A DNA stretch of 64,000 nt from an uncultured virus (IMG/VR IMGVR_UViG_3300036760_000988) (Duplodnaviria; Heunggongvirae; Uroviricota; Caudoviricetes), in IMG/VR virus record IMGVR_UViG_3300036760_000988; one strand, given 5' to 3'. Position numbers and translations under genes: made by a program. Below, piece after piece: positions 1 to 9,416 of this stretch (positions are counted from its first letter, which is position 1; every line of letters begins with the position of its first letter). Under the pieces are notes generated by a model. The model searched no databases, was not told the DNA's origin, and worked only from the letters and a program-made list of their open reading frames with translations.

Positions 1-138
1 CGGGTCTCCGTGAAGCCACCTACCGTGCCACCACCGCCGCCGATGTGGGGCACATCGGGATCCTGCTCGCGGCGCTGGACACGGTGGAATCCCTTTGCGG
101 TGAGATCCGCAACCTCCTCCCGGACGAGGACTATTAAC

Positions 139-333
139 ATGGCAAAGCTGCGACGCGTGGAGTACTTCCGCTTGTGGTTGGACCGCACCTGGGACACGGC
201 GTACATCGAGATTCCTGGGGACACCATGATGGCGAACCTGGACGCCGCCGTGCGGCGCGCGGTGAAGGAGGCGCAGAAAAAAGGGGAGAGCGTGCCGCTG
301 CTCGTGGGCTTCTATTCGTTGGCCAGCGAATGA
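139..333 (+). CDS. hypothetical protein
   Basis: ATG at 139 after GAGGA; stop overlaps the next ATG (ATGA). Confidence 0.6.
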   Translation: MAKLRRVEYFRLWLDRTWDTAYIEIPGDTMMANLDAAVRRAVKEAQKKGESVPLLVGFYSLASE

Positions 334-710
334 CCGCGCCGCCCACCGGCTCCGCCGCCTTCACCTGGCGCGCTCATCCCAAGCTGCACGAGGTGTTCTA
401 CTTCATCAGTGGACAGGGGTTCGACGTGGACAAGGCCAAGGCCATCCTACGCAAGCGGCCCCGCGACCTCGGGCAACTCACTGTAGAGGGGGCGGCCTAC
501 TATCTGGGCCGGCACATCAAGGCCCGGGTAACCACTCGCACGATCGACAACTTCGATCTCGCCGTGCCGCTGATCATCGCCACCTTGCCCAAAGGAGAGT
601 TGTTGGTGATCGACGGCTGGCATCGGATCGCCAAGGCCGATCAGCTGAAGGTCGAGACGCTGCCGTGCGTGATCCTCGACGCCACCGAAACCAAGACCAT
701 CCGAACGTAG
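330..710 (+). CDS. ParB/Srx N-terminal domain protein
   Basis: PLII...LVIDGWHRIAKA...LPCVIL matches the ParB-N DGxHR motif. Confidence 0.75.
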   Translation: MTAPPTGSAAFTWRAHPKLHEVFYFISGQGFDVDKAKAILRKRPRDLGQLTVEGAAYYLGRHIKARVTTRTIDNFDLAVPLIIATLPKGELLVIDGWHRIAKADQLKVETLPCVILDATETKTIRT

Positions 711-735
711 TCGAACGAACGTAGGAGGAGCAATC

Positions 736-918
736 ATGGACAAGTACAAGGTCGGCGACACCGTGTGGTGGAATCGACTGCGTGGAACGGTGATCGCAGT
801 CGATCCGGGGGAGTACGGTGAGCGCGTCACCTTCAAGACCGCAAAGGACACGGTGATCTCCACATCACCGGGACTCGACCCAGCCTGGGGCGTGCAGTCG
901 CCTATGCAGGAGGAATAA
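736..918 (+). CDS. small hypothetical protein (KOW/SH3-like)
   Basis: AGGAGG RBS; YKVGDTV...GTVIAV pattern. Confidence 0.6.
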   Translation: MDKYKVGDTVWWNRLRGTVIAVDPGEYGERVTFKTAKDTVISTSPGLDPAWGVQSPMQEE

Positions 919-919
919 C

Positions 920-1558
920 ATGGCCCGTGTACATACCATCACACGCTGTCTCAAGCCGCTCACGTGTGGGCGCTGCGGCGAAACGATCAAGAAGGGCGAG
1001 GGCTACCGCTACGCCCAACCCGGCTTTCGGAACCGACACAAGAGCATCCGGTGCATGTCCGCCAAGTGCAGCTTCCGGGCGAGCGAGCTGACCTCCTCGA
1101 AGATGTCCCAGGTCTACGCCGCGGTGGAGAACGCCGAGGACGAGATCGCGAGCTGGGATGGGGAGGACGCCGAGGATCTCGCCGAGGTGCTCCGCAACGC
1201 CGCCGAGGAGATCCGCACGGTGTCGGAGGAGTATGGGGAGGCCGCCGAGGCGATGCAGGGGGCCGGCGAGGAGATGCAGGAGAAGGCCGACGAGCTGGAG
1301 AGCTGGGCCGGCGACATCGAGAGCGCCGCCGATGATCTCCCGGAGCAGCCCGAAGACGAAGATCCGGACAACGTGGACGCCGCGGTGCTCGCCAAGCGGG
1401 TGGCGGATCGTGCGGCGGCCGAGGCGAAGGGGGAGAAGGTCCCCTCCGCCGAGGAGGCGGCGGAGGAGGCCGAAGCGGCACACGCCGAGGCGCTGGAGGA
1501 GTGGCGGCAAGCGGTGCGGGACGCGGCGTCCGAGCCCCTCGGGAACTGCCCGGTCTAG
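920..1558 (+). CDS. Zn-finger plus acidic coiled-coil protein
   Basis: AGGAGG RBS; CGRC...C..C N-terminus followed by an E/D-rich helical region. Confidence 0.7.
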   Translation: MARVHTITRCLKPLTCGRCGETIKKGEGYRYAQPGFRNRHKSIRCMSAKCSFRASELTSSKMSQVYAAVENAEDEIASWDGEDAEDLAEVLRNAAEEIRTVSEEYGEAAEAMQGAGEEMQEKADELESWAGDIESAADDLPEQPEDEDPDNVDAAVLAKRVADRAAAEAKGEKVPSAEEAAEEAEAAHAEALEEWRQAVRDAASEPLGNCPV

Positions 1559-1560
1559 TC

Positions 1561-2379
1561 ATGGCGACCATCACCGACCTCGTACCCGGGTTGTCCATCG
1601 ACGCGCTGCTCCAACGGCGTGATGACATGGTAGCGCGCATCAAGAGCGCGCACACGCTGCTCAACGAGGCGGATCAGCTCGCCGAGGCGCTGTTCGGCGA
1701 GGAGAATCGCGGTCACCGTCTCGATCTGATGACCAGCGGGTCGCGTCGGTCGTTCACCTGTCCCGGCGGGGACGAGGAGCTGATCCGCGAGATCGACGGG
1801 CGCGCCTGGAGCTACCTGCTCCAGCAGTCGGGTCTCCAGACGTTCTTGGACGCGGCGGCCCGCGAGAAGTGGCGCACCGCGATCGACAAGAACGACGTGC
1901 CGCCGCTCACGCGTGCGAACATCGAGGGGACCTTCACCCACCTCTACGAGACGCGCGGAGAGATGTTCGAGCGCGGCGTGCTCGCTGTGTTTCGGGCGCT
2001 GTCGTGGGAGTACAAGACCAACACGCCGGTGCGCTTCGGCAAGCGCCTGATCCTCGATCGCATCATCGAGGTGTGGGGAGATCGCAAGAGTCCCTATCTC
2101 AGCGTCGCCCACGGCGGCGCTGACAAGCTCGACGATCTGATCCGGGTGCTCTCCGTGTTGGAGGGCAAGCCCGAGCCCGATCACCGCCAGGGCACGTACC
2201 ACAAGCTCACCGCGCTCGACTGGCCGAAGGCGACGAAGGACGCGGACCTCGGCTACTTCACAGTGCGAGGCTTCAAGAACGGCAACGGGCACCTCACGTT
2301 CACCTGCCCCGCGCTCGTCGACCAACTGAACAAGATCTTAGCCAAGCATCATCCCAACGCCCTACCGGAGGCCCGCTGA
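1561..2379 (+). CDS. DUF4942-like protein
   Basis: AWSYLLQQSGL, EMFERGV..VFR.LSW.YKTN.P.RFGKR and FKNGNGHLTF motifs. Confidence 0.75.
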   Translation: MATITDLVPGLSIDALLQRRDDMVARIKSAHTLLNEADQLAEALFGEENRGHRLDLMTSGSRRSFTCPGGDEELIREIDGRAWSYLLQQSGLQTFLDAAAREKWRTAIDKNDVPPLTRANIEGTFTHLYETRGEMFERGVLAVFRALSWEYKTNTPVRFGKRLILDRIIEVWGDRKSPYLSVAHGGADKLDDLIRVLSVLEGKPEPDHRQGTYHKLTALDWPKATKDADLGYFTVRGFKNGNGHLTFTCPALVDQLNKILAKHHPNALPEAR

Positions 2380-2813
2380 TGGCGACGCGTAGCAAAGATG
2401 CCCTGCGGCTCTCGCTCCTGGAGTCGACCGTGGACCGGCTCCGCGACGAGCTGACCCGCGACCGCCAGGAGCGCCACGCGGTGGTCGAGCCCATCCAGCG
2501 GTTCCTGGCGCTGCAAAAGAAGGTGCGCGAGGACGGGCTCACCTCCGCGGAAGGGGCCGCCGAGCATGCGGTCCAGCTTTGGCTCGACGACGTGGTGAAT
2601 CAGTGCCCCGATTGCTGGGGGGAGACGACCCGCTGCCCGCGCCACGCCATCGAGACGACGGGCCTCGTCGGGCACATCACCACGGAGATCCACACGCTGT
2701 GCGAGAAGCTGGAGGAGATGAACGGAGAATTGGGGGAGATTGCAGAAAAAGCGGTGAAGTTGCGCGAGGACTTCGAGGCGCTCTCGTTCGAGCTGAAGAA
2801 ATATCGCAAGTAG
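2379..2813 (+). CDS. hypothetical coiled-coil protein with CxxC
   Basis: Translationally coupled ORF with genome-typical codon usage. Confidence 0.6.
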   Translation: MATRSKDALRLSLLESTVDRLRDELTRDRQERHAVVEPIQRFLALQKKVREDGLTSAEGAAEHAVQLWLDDVVNQCPDCWGETTRCPRHAIETTGLVGHITTEIHTLCEKLEEMNGELGEIAEKAVKLREDFEALSFELKKYRK

Positions 2814-2835
2814 CCCCTTGCGACGCGCAATTTAG

Positions 2836-2864
2836 TTGACACCTAGATCTCGCTGATGTACATC
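2836..2864 (+). promoter_or_regulatory. putative sigma70-type promoter for the parB operon
   Basis: TTGACA-17-TACATC in an intergenic gap, next to a TTGCG-N3-CGCAA site at 2818. Confidence 0.5.
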
Positions 2865-2941
2865 AACACACGGAGGACGACGACAGCTACCCGCGCCGCA
2901 GGCGCGTCGCTTTTCAACGCAACACAACCTGGAGGACGAAC

Positions 2942-3877
2942 ATGGAAGCAGAATTCGAGACCCTGGCCCTGAAGGAGCTGACCGACGGTACGGAGGTCGG
3001 CTTCGAGAACCCGCGCGAGAAGATCGACGCGAAGGAGATCGCCAACCTCGCGGCGGACATCGCGGCGAACGGCCTCTACTACCCGCTCCTGGTGTGGCAG
3101 ACCGAGAAGGACGGCAAGACCGTCAAGATCCTCATCGGCGGGCACCGGCGGAAGACCGCGATCGAGCTGCTGATCGAGGAGGGGCGGGCCCCGTGGCGGG
3201 TCGGGACACTGGAGAAGAAGGTGCCCGTGCGCTACATCGCGGGCAAGACCCTGCGTGACGCGAAGTACAACGCGCTGGCGGACAACCTCCACCGCCAGGA
3301 GCTGACCTCGTACGAGCTGGCGCAGGAGATGAGCCGGCTGAAGGTCATGGGGGACGCGGGCAAGACCATCGCCCAGACGCTCCACAAGTCGGAGACCTGG
3401 GTGTCGCGCAAGCTCGGCGCCTTCGAGAAGGCGGGCGCGGCGTTGAAGCGCGCGTGGAAGGCGCAGAAGCTCTCCGACGACAACGTGGAGGCGCTCGCCA
3501 AGCTGCCCGAGGAGGAGCAGGAGGAGGCGGCGGAGAAGCTCGCCGAGCTGCGCACGCAGGGCCGGAAGGGGCGGTCCCAGGCGCGGCAGACCGCCAAGGG
3601 GCGGAACGCGGTGCAGCGGCCCGCGCCCAAGCTCATGACCGAGATGATCCTCCTCGCGGACGAGGCCGAGGCCGATCTCCGCTACGTGCAGGGCGTGAAG
3701 GACGCGCTGCGCTTCGCCACCGGCGCGATGCCGCTCGGGAAGTTCGATCCCGAGTGGAAGACGTACGTGAAGGAGGTCCAGGCCGCGGCCGACGCGAAGG
3801 CGAAGGCCGACGCGGCGGCGGAGAAGGCGAAGGAGAAGGAGAAGTCGGAGAAGAAGTCGAAGAAGGACAAGGAGTAG
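2942..3877 (+). CDS. parB: ParB/RepB/Spo0J family protein
   Basis: ENPR, LAADIAANGLYYPLLV, IGGHRR, DNLHRQEL and an HTH (IAQTLHKSETWVSRKL); GGAGG RBS. Confidence 0.85.
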   Translation: MEAEFETLALKELTDGTEVGFENPREKIDAKEIANLAADIAANGLYYPLLVWQTEKDGKTVKILIGGHRRKTAIELLIEEGRAPWRVGTLEKKVPVRYIAGKTLRDAKYNALADNLHRQELTSYELAQEMSRLKVMGDAGKTIAQTLHKSETWVSRKLGAFEKAGAALKRAWKAQKLSDDNVEALAKLPEEEQEEAAEKLAELRTQGRKGRSQARQTAKGRNAVQRPAPKLMTEMILLADEAEADLRYVQGVKDALRFATGAMPLGKFDPEWKTYVKEVQAAADAKAKADAAAEKAKEKEKSEKKSKKDKE

Positions 3878-3881
3878 GACC

Positions 3882-4193
3882 ATGGAGAAGAAGCTCAAGA
3901 AGAAGTTCGACGCGCTCTATGTGGTCGTGGAGGAGCTGCGCGACCGCTGCGCACAGCTCGATGCGCCGAAGGAGAAGTATCTCACCAAGGTGCTCACCAA
4001 GCTCGATGCGGTGGAGGAGCTGCTCAACGGGAAGCTCGCCGATGACGCGAAGCGCGAGAAGCTCGGGAAGCTGGATCTGGACGCGACGCGCTACGGCGTG
4101 GACGATATCGCGGGGGCCTTCAGCATCCTGGGCTTCAAGGACACGCACTCGAAGCTCCTGCAGACGTGGATCGACCTCGACACCGCGGTGTAA
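3882..4193 (+). CDS. hypothetical protein
   Basis: RBS present; typical codon usage. Confidence 0.7.
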   Translation: MEKKLKKKFDALYVVVEELRDRCAQLDAPKEKYLTKVLTKLDAVEELLNGKLADDAKREKLGKLDLDATRYGVDDIAGAFSILGFKDTHSKLLQTWIDLDTAV

Positions 4194-4198
4194 GTCTG

Positions 4199-4270
4199 GG
4201 ACGGGGCGTGGCGCCCGTCGCGCTAACCCCCCTTGCGCGCTGGTGCCGCGCTCCGTTCCTTTTTCTTTTG
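4199..4270 (+). terminator. intrinsic terminator
   Basis: Long GC stem GGACGGGGCGTGGCGCC...GGTGCCGCGCTCCGTTCC followed by TTTTTCTTTT. Confidence 0.65.
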
Positions 4271-4287
4271 CACACATGGAGGACGAC

Positions 4288-4530
4288 ATGAAGGCCAGCA
4301 ACGGACGGATCGTGCATGTGACGGACAACGACCTCAAGTGGTCGTCGCGGTGTTATGCCGGGGTGATCGTCGAAGCCTCCCCCGAAAATGCGGACCCGGA
4401 GAATCCGGATCTGGCCGACATCTGGATCTTCCCGTGCCGGGGCTACCCGACGGGGCAGCTCTGCGAGAACCTGCCGCAGCGGGGCAGCGGTCAGTTCGCC
4501 CGCACCTGGCACGAACCCGAGCGCGTGTAG
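4288..4530 (+). CDS. small phage protein
   Basis: GGAGGA RBS; GRIVHV...AGVIV...WHEPERV pattern common in phage small proteins. Confidence 0.65.
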   Translation: MKASNGRIVHVTDNDLKWSSRCYAGVIVEASPENADPENPDLADIWIFPCRGYPTGQLCENLPQRGSGQFARTWHEPERV

Positions 4531-4532
4531 TC

Positions 4533-5405
4533 GTGGCGTGTGAACAGTTCGTCGAGAAGAAGTTCAAGCCGGCCTCGTTGGAGCTGATTGCGGCTTGCAA
4601 TCAGATCATCGAACGCTACCAGGCGCAGAACCTGCGGCTCACGTTACGTCAGTTGTACTACCAGCTCGTCACGCGCAACCTCATCCCGAACGTCGAGCGC
4701 TCGTACAAGAACTTGTCGGGGCTCGTCACCGACGCCCGCATGGCGGGGGTGCTCGACTGGGACGCGATCGAGGACCGCGTGCGCCAGCCACGCATCCCCC
4801 AGGAGTTCGACGATCTCGCGGATCTGGTCCGCGCCGCGGTGCAGTCCTACCGCCTCGACCGCTGGGCGGGGCAGGAGTACTACGCCGAGCTGTGGGTCGA
4901 GAAGGATGCCTTGGCTGGCGTGCTCCGGCCCCTGGCCAGCGAGTTCCACGTCACCCTGATGGTGAACCGCGGCTACTCGTCCGCCTCGGCGATGTACGAG
5001 AGCGCGGCCCGCTTCAACGTCCACCCCGAGCCGAAGCAGCTCTACTACCTCGGGGACTTCGATCCCTCGGGGGAGGACATGGTGCGCGACATCCGCGACC
5101 GCCTCGGGCTGTTCGGGGTCGAGGAGCTGACCGTGAACAAGATCGCCCTCACCTGGGCGCAGATCCAGGAATACAACCTCCCGCCGAACCCCGCCAAGGT
5201 GTCGGACCCCCGGGCGGCCGGCTACATTGCGCGGCACGGCGACTCCTCCTGGGAGGTGGACGCGCTGCCGCCCGAGGTGCTCGCCGCCACCGTGCGCGAA
5301 GCCTTCGCGGAGATCCTCGACTTAGATCTCATGAATGCGGTGAAGGAACGCGAGGCACGAGACAAGAAGCGCCTGCAGGCGGCGGCCAAAGAGCTGAGCA
5401 AGTAG
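4533..5405 (+). CDS. Topo VI-A/Spo11/JetD-like Toprim-domain protein
   Basis: TLRQLYYQLV (catalytic Tyr-like), WVEKDAL, RGY.S, YLGDFDPSG and EVDAL motifs. Confidence 0.8.
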   Translation: MACEQFVEKKFKPASLELIAACNQIIERYQAQNLRLTLRQLYYQLVTRNLIPNVERSYKNLSGLVTDARMAGVLDWDAIEDRVRQPRIPQEFDDLADLVRAAVQSYRLDRWAGQEYYAELWVEKDALAGVLRPLASEFHVTLMVNRGYSSASAMYESAARFNVHPEPKQLYYLGDFDPSGEDMVRDIRDRLGLFGVEELTVNKIALTWAQIQEYNLPPNPAKVSDPRAAGYIARHGDSSWEVDALPPEVLAATVREAFAEILDLDLMNAVKEREARDKKRLQAAAKELSK

Positions 5406-5406
5406 C

Positions 5407-6958
5407 ATGTCCCGGCGCCCGGCGCAGTACATCACGCACGATCTCCACCTCTCACCCGCCGAGGCGCTCTGGGTACGGACCAGCGAAGCACGCCTCGCGC
5501 AACGTTTTCGACTGATCATGGTCATCTTGCAGCACTGGCCCGAGGGCTGGGTGCAGCCCTTCGAGCTGCTGAAGCCCCTCGTCGTGGAGCTACGCTCCAA
5601 AGGAGTCACCAATGGCGGATAACAAGAACGATGACAAGAACGACAAGCAGGGCAACGTGTTCGCGCTGCGCGGGGATGGCCCGCTGCACGCCCACGCCTT
5701 CATCGACGAGTGCTTGGCCAACGGTGCCACCGGCGTCGTGGTGGGGGTCGTCGGTGAAGCGGACGACCCGTTGAGTGATCGCATCGCGATCCGCCTCTAC
5801 GGGCGGGGTCCGTGCAGCGCGCTGACCCTGATCGGGGAGTTGATCACCCGCCGAGGGGTCGACATGTTCATGGACGGTGTGAGCCCTGAAGACGAAGAAG
5901 ACGAGGACGAGACATGAGCCGCTGTACGATCTGCCGCAGGTGGGACTACGGTGGTATTTCGCAGCACGTCTGCCCGCCGCAGTGGCATACGCACGTCGAG
6001 GACGACGAGCACGAGGACAAGATCCTCTACGCCCTCTCTCCCGAGGACGCGGCAGTCGAGCGCGGCATGCGCCTCGACGAGGGCGGCACGCCGGTCATTC
6101 TGAACGGTGCAGGACTGGTGATCGCGGTCCGTGGGATCGCCAGCACCCTCACGCGCCGATTTCGCGTGACCGGCGAGCTGGTGCGAGAGTACCACGCAAC
6201 GCTCCTGCGGGACGGCGAGGCCGCATGAGCTTCGCCGAGCAGGCCGCCGAAAAGTTCCTGCGGAGCGCGCTCCGGGCGACGCGCAAGCTGGGCTTCCTGC
6301 TTACGCAGAGCGGCTGCGGCGCCATGAAGGAGTGTCGCACCCCGCCCAAGGTAGGGCGCGGGCGCTGCGCCCTCTGCGCGTTGCTCCTCGACCAGCGCGA
6401 GAGCGTCGCGACGAAGGAGCTGGAGGCCACCGCCGCGGATCTCCTCGGCGTTCACTACGACTGGATCATGTCCTTTCTCCAGGGCTGGGACGGTGACGAC
6501 GGCTGCACGAATGGCTACACTCGTGCGTACGTACTCGGCAAGAAGCTCTGGAACGAGTTCCGACCGCTCGATCAGGAGGCATCCGCATGACGAAGAAGGA
6601 ATACAAGAAGGCCACACCACACAAGAAGCCGCAGCCCTGCGCGCACTGTGGGAAGGTCCATGACCGCGCCGAGCGCCAGGAGCGGGCACACCTATCGGCG
6701 TTCGTGCAGAGCGCGCTCGACGAGTACAACGAGCTGGGTGCCGAGGTGTTCCACCTGCTGCGGCGGCGCACGAACCACCCCCTGAAGGCCCTCGTGGTGC
6801 TCTGCTCGGAGATCATGGCCATCCTCGCTCAGGCCGACAACGACGACCAGGCGGATGTCACCGCCCGGTTCGTGGATCAGGTCTCCACGCTGCTCGCGGA
6901 GCGGCTCCCCCGAGGCCTCGAACGTCGGGCCCTCGACAAGACGCCCGCGCAGGCGTAA
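5407..6958 (+). other. five small coupled hypothetical ORFs (5407-5622, 5612-5917, 5914-6228, 6225-6590, 6587-6958)
   Basis: Overlapping start/stop codons; several CxxC motifs. Confidence 0.6.
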
Positions 6959-6983
6959 GGTTCAAGCCTCAAGGGAGGTCCAC

Positions 6984-7325
6984 ATGTGGGGCACCATCTT
7001 CACGTTCTTGTTCACCACCGACGCCGGCCAGGCGCTCACCACCACCGTGGTCGGCGGCGTGCTCGGTTGGCTCGGCCTCAAGAAGAAGAACAGCGACCGC
7101 TGGAAGAAGATCGACGCCGTGAAGGCGGATGCCTTCGCCGCGATCGAGGGGGTCGCCGCCGCCACCGGGATCGTGGGGCCGGCAAAGTTCGCCGAGTACA
7201 AGAAGCTCGTCGACGACGCCATGGCCCACCTCAAGGAAGGGAAGCTCACGCCCAAAGAGTGGGGCCGGGTGCATGCCTGGGTCGACATGAAGGCAAAGGC
7301 CCTGAAGTCGTCCAAGCCCAAGTAG
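6984..7325 (+). CDS. putative holin (LL-H-like)
   Basis: GGGAGG RBS; N-terminal TM segment, then AFAAIE...G.AK...amphipathic helices. Confidence 0.5.
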   Translation: MWGTIFTFLFTTDAGQALTTTVVGGVLGWLGLKKKNSDRWKKIDAVKADAFAAIEGVAAATGIVGPAKFAEYKKLVDDAMAHLKEGKLTPKEWGRVHAWVDMKAKALKSSKPK

Positions 7326-7345
7326 TTGCGCCGCGCAACCACGTC

Positions 7346-7900
7346 ATGGCTCGCTGCGCCTACCTAAAAAAAGGAAGGGCCTGTGCCAAGAACGGCATCG
7401 GCAACCCGCCGCTCTGTGCGACGCATCGCGCGCAACTCCAGCCGGTAGTGGAGGAGGCCGAAGCCCCCGATCTCATGTCCGAGCTGGTGGACAACCTCTT
7501 TGATCATCCCCAGATGCGCGGCGTCTTCGGGCAGATCTCCGCTACGCTCGATCGCTTCGGCCATATCATCGAGCGCGTCTCCCACGGCAAGGCCCCGGGA
7601 CCCGCGGCGCCTCGTGCGCCGGGACCGAGCATCTGGGACCCGCCACCCCCGCGGCGTCGTACGGCAGCGCCGCCACCCCCGCCGCCCGTACCAGATGACG
7701 CAGCGGCCTTGAAGGACGCCTTCATCGTGCTGGGGATCAAGCCGGGGACGCCACTCACTATAGATCTCGTCAAAGGACGACGCCGAGAATTAACTAAATT
7801 GTTCCACCCCGATCGTGGGGTGATGGGCAACGACGACTCCATGAAGCGCATCAACGCGGCGTGTGATCTCCTGCTCGCCAAGACCAAGCCCAAGGTGTAA
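7346..7900 (+). CDS. C-terminal J-domain (DnaJ-like) protein
   Basis: AFIVLG...RRELTKLFHPDRG...MKRINAA; intact HPD motif after a Pro-rich linker. Confidence 0.8.
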   Translation: MARCAYLKKGRACAKNGIGNPPLCATHRAQLQPVVEEAEAPDLMSELVDNLFDHPQMRGVFGQISATLDRFGHIIERVSHGKAPGPAAPRAPGPSIWDPPPPRRRTAAPPPPPPVPDDAAALKDAFIVLGIKPGTPLTIDLVKGRRRELTKLFHPDRGVMGNDDSMKRINAACDLLLAKTKPKV

Positions 7901-7910
7901 GGTACTTGCC

Positions 7911-8270
7911 ATGAACACCCAGGTGTACACCCACTTCACGCGCGTGGGCGGCACGGCGCTGCTCTACTCGTGTCCCGCCAACGACTGGATCGAGATCATC
8001 TTGCGGCTCGAAAGCGCGGGCCCGGTCGCGGTGGGGACCACCGAAGACCTCGCCCCGCCCACGACCGGCAAGGGGCGACTCCTCCCGCTCAACGAGGATG
8101 TGCGCTTCACCTTGCCACCGGGGGGGCGCTTCTTCATCGCCGCCTCGGCGATCAACCGCGTGGCGGTGGAGATTCAGCCCTTCCCCTGGCTCGCGCAGAT
8201 CCTCCTCAAGCTGTTCGGGCCGCGAGTCGCGGCGGTCGCGGCGGCCATCACCCCCAAGAAGGGCAGGTAA
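7911..8270 (+). CDS. small beta-rich putative virion protein
   Basis: Alternating beta-strand pattern; next to other virion-type genes. Confidence 0.45.
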   Translation: MNTQVYTHFTRVGGTALLYSCPANDWIEIILRLESAGPVAVGTTEDLAPPTTGKGRLLPLNEDVRFTLPPGGRFFIAASAINRVAVEIQPFPWLAQILLKLFGPRVAAVAAAITPKKGR

Positions 8271-8273
8271 CTC

Positions 8274-9071
8274 ATGGCCTTCGGTTCGGTCTCGGAAGCG
8301 GTCAAGGCCGGTGCGGATTACTTCCGACTGGAGGAGACCGTCATCACCTCGAACCCCACCTTCGACATGTTCGACGGGTCCTGCGTCGCGATCCAGATCG
8401 GCCCGGACTCGGACATCGCCGGCATGGAGTTCACCTACCTTGATCCCAACCGCCCCACGACCCGCGGCACGCTCACCGTGGAGGCGGGAGCCCCCTTCCC
8501 CACGCGCCTCGACGCGCAGATGGATCAGAAATACCGCTCCCCACCGGGAGCGGTCGGGAACATCATCGGCAAGGCACTGATCAACCTCGACGCCACGATC
8601 CTGGCGAGCGCGCATCTGGACTTGTTCTTCTTCCTCCGCGATCCCGTGCCGAGCTTCGCACAACTAAGGAAAAACGACTACCAGCGCCTGCGCCACACCT
8701 TCTCCGTCGCGGGGGTCGAACAGCGCGTGCTCATTCGCCCCTACTACGGACGACAATCCTTCGATCTCCAGCTCCTGAATCAGGACCTGGCGAGCACCGT
8801 GGACTGGCGCGTGATCGGACATCGCTTCAGAGGCATCGCGGGAGACAACATCGTGATCCTCCTGGGATCGGGCACGCTCGCTGCGGGCCAGGCCCTGGAC
8901 TTCGCGATCTCCGGGCGGCGCTACGACGCCATCGAGATTTTCGCCACCAGTAACAACGCCGCCTCCGGCGAGATCCTGAGCTACGCCTACGAGGCGTCGG
9001 ATCGCTGCTGCGGCCCCGCGGGCAGCACCTTTGTGTTGCCCGATCAGCCGATCCCGCCAGGCCCTCGGTAG
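8274..9071 (+). CDS. beta-rich putative minor capsid/penton protein
   Basis: All-beta sequence pattern with two apparent domains; inference only. Confidence 0.4.
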   Translation: MAFGSVSEAVKAGADYFRLEETVITSNPTFDMFDGSCVAIQIGPDSDIAGMEFTYLDPNRPTTRGTLTVEAGAPFPTRLDAQMDQKYRSPPGAVGNIIGKALINLDATILASAHLDLFFFLRDPVPSFAQLRKNDYQRLRHTFSVAGVEQRVLIRPYYGRQSFDLQLLNQDLASTVDWRVIGHRFRGIAGDNIVILLGSGTLAAGQALDFAISGRRYDAIEIFATSNNAASGEILSYAYEASDRCCGPAGSTFVLPDQPIPPGPR

Positions 9072-9095
9072 ATCCCCCCAACCTTGGAGGTCGCA

Positions 9096-9365
9096 ATGTT
9101 CGATGCTCGTCCCGGTGTGAAGCCGTACTTGCCCCCACCACCCCCGAACAACGGCCTAGGCCTCGGTGCCAAGGGAGAATCGGCCCACGGCGACCGCATG
9201 AGCCCCTTGGGGTCCTATCACCTGGCGCACACCGAAACCGCCGTGCACGGGGGCGGACGGCCCTTGCCGCGCAGCCTGGCGCTCCTCGGCGTCTTGACCC
9301 CCTGGGCCGCGCTGGGCCTGGTCGGGCTGCTCCTGGTGTCCGCGCTCTTGCACTGCGCCCACTAG
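9096..9365 (+). CDS. membrane protein
   Basis: GGAGG RBS; C-terminal hydrophobic stretch. Confidence 0.5.
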   Translation: MFDARPGVKPYLPPPPPNNGLGLGAKGESAHGDRMSPLGSYHLAHTETAVHGGGRPLPRSLALLGVLTPWAALGLVGLLLVSALLHCAH

Positions 9366-9416
9366 CCGTGGCATTCTGAGCCCTGGCTCGACGCTCTCCG
9401 GCAGAGAGGCGCTCCC

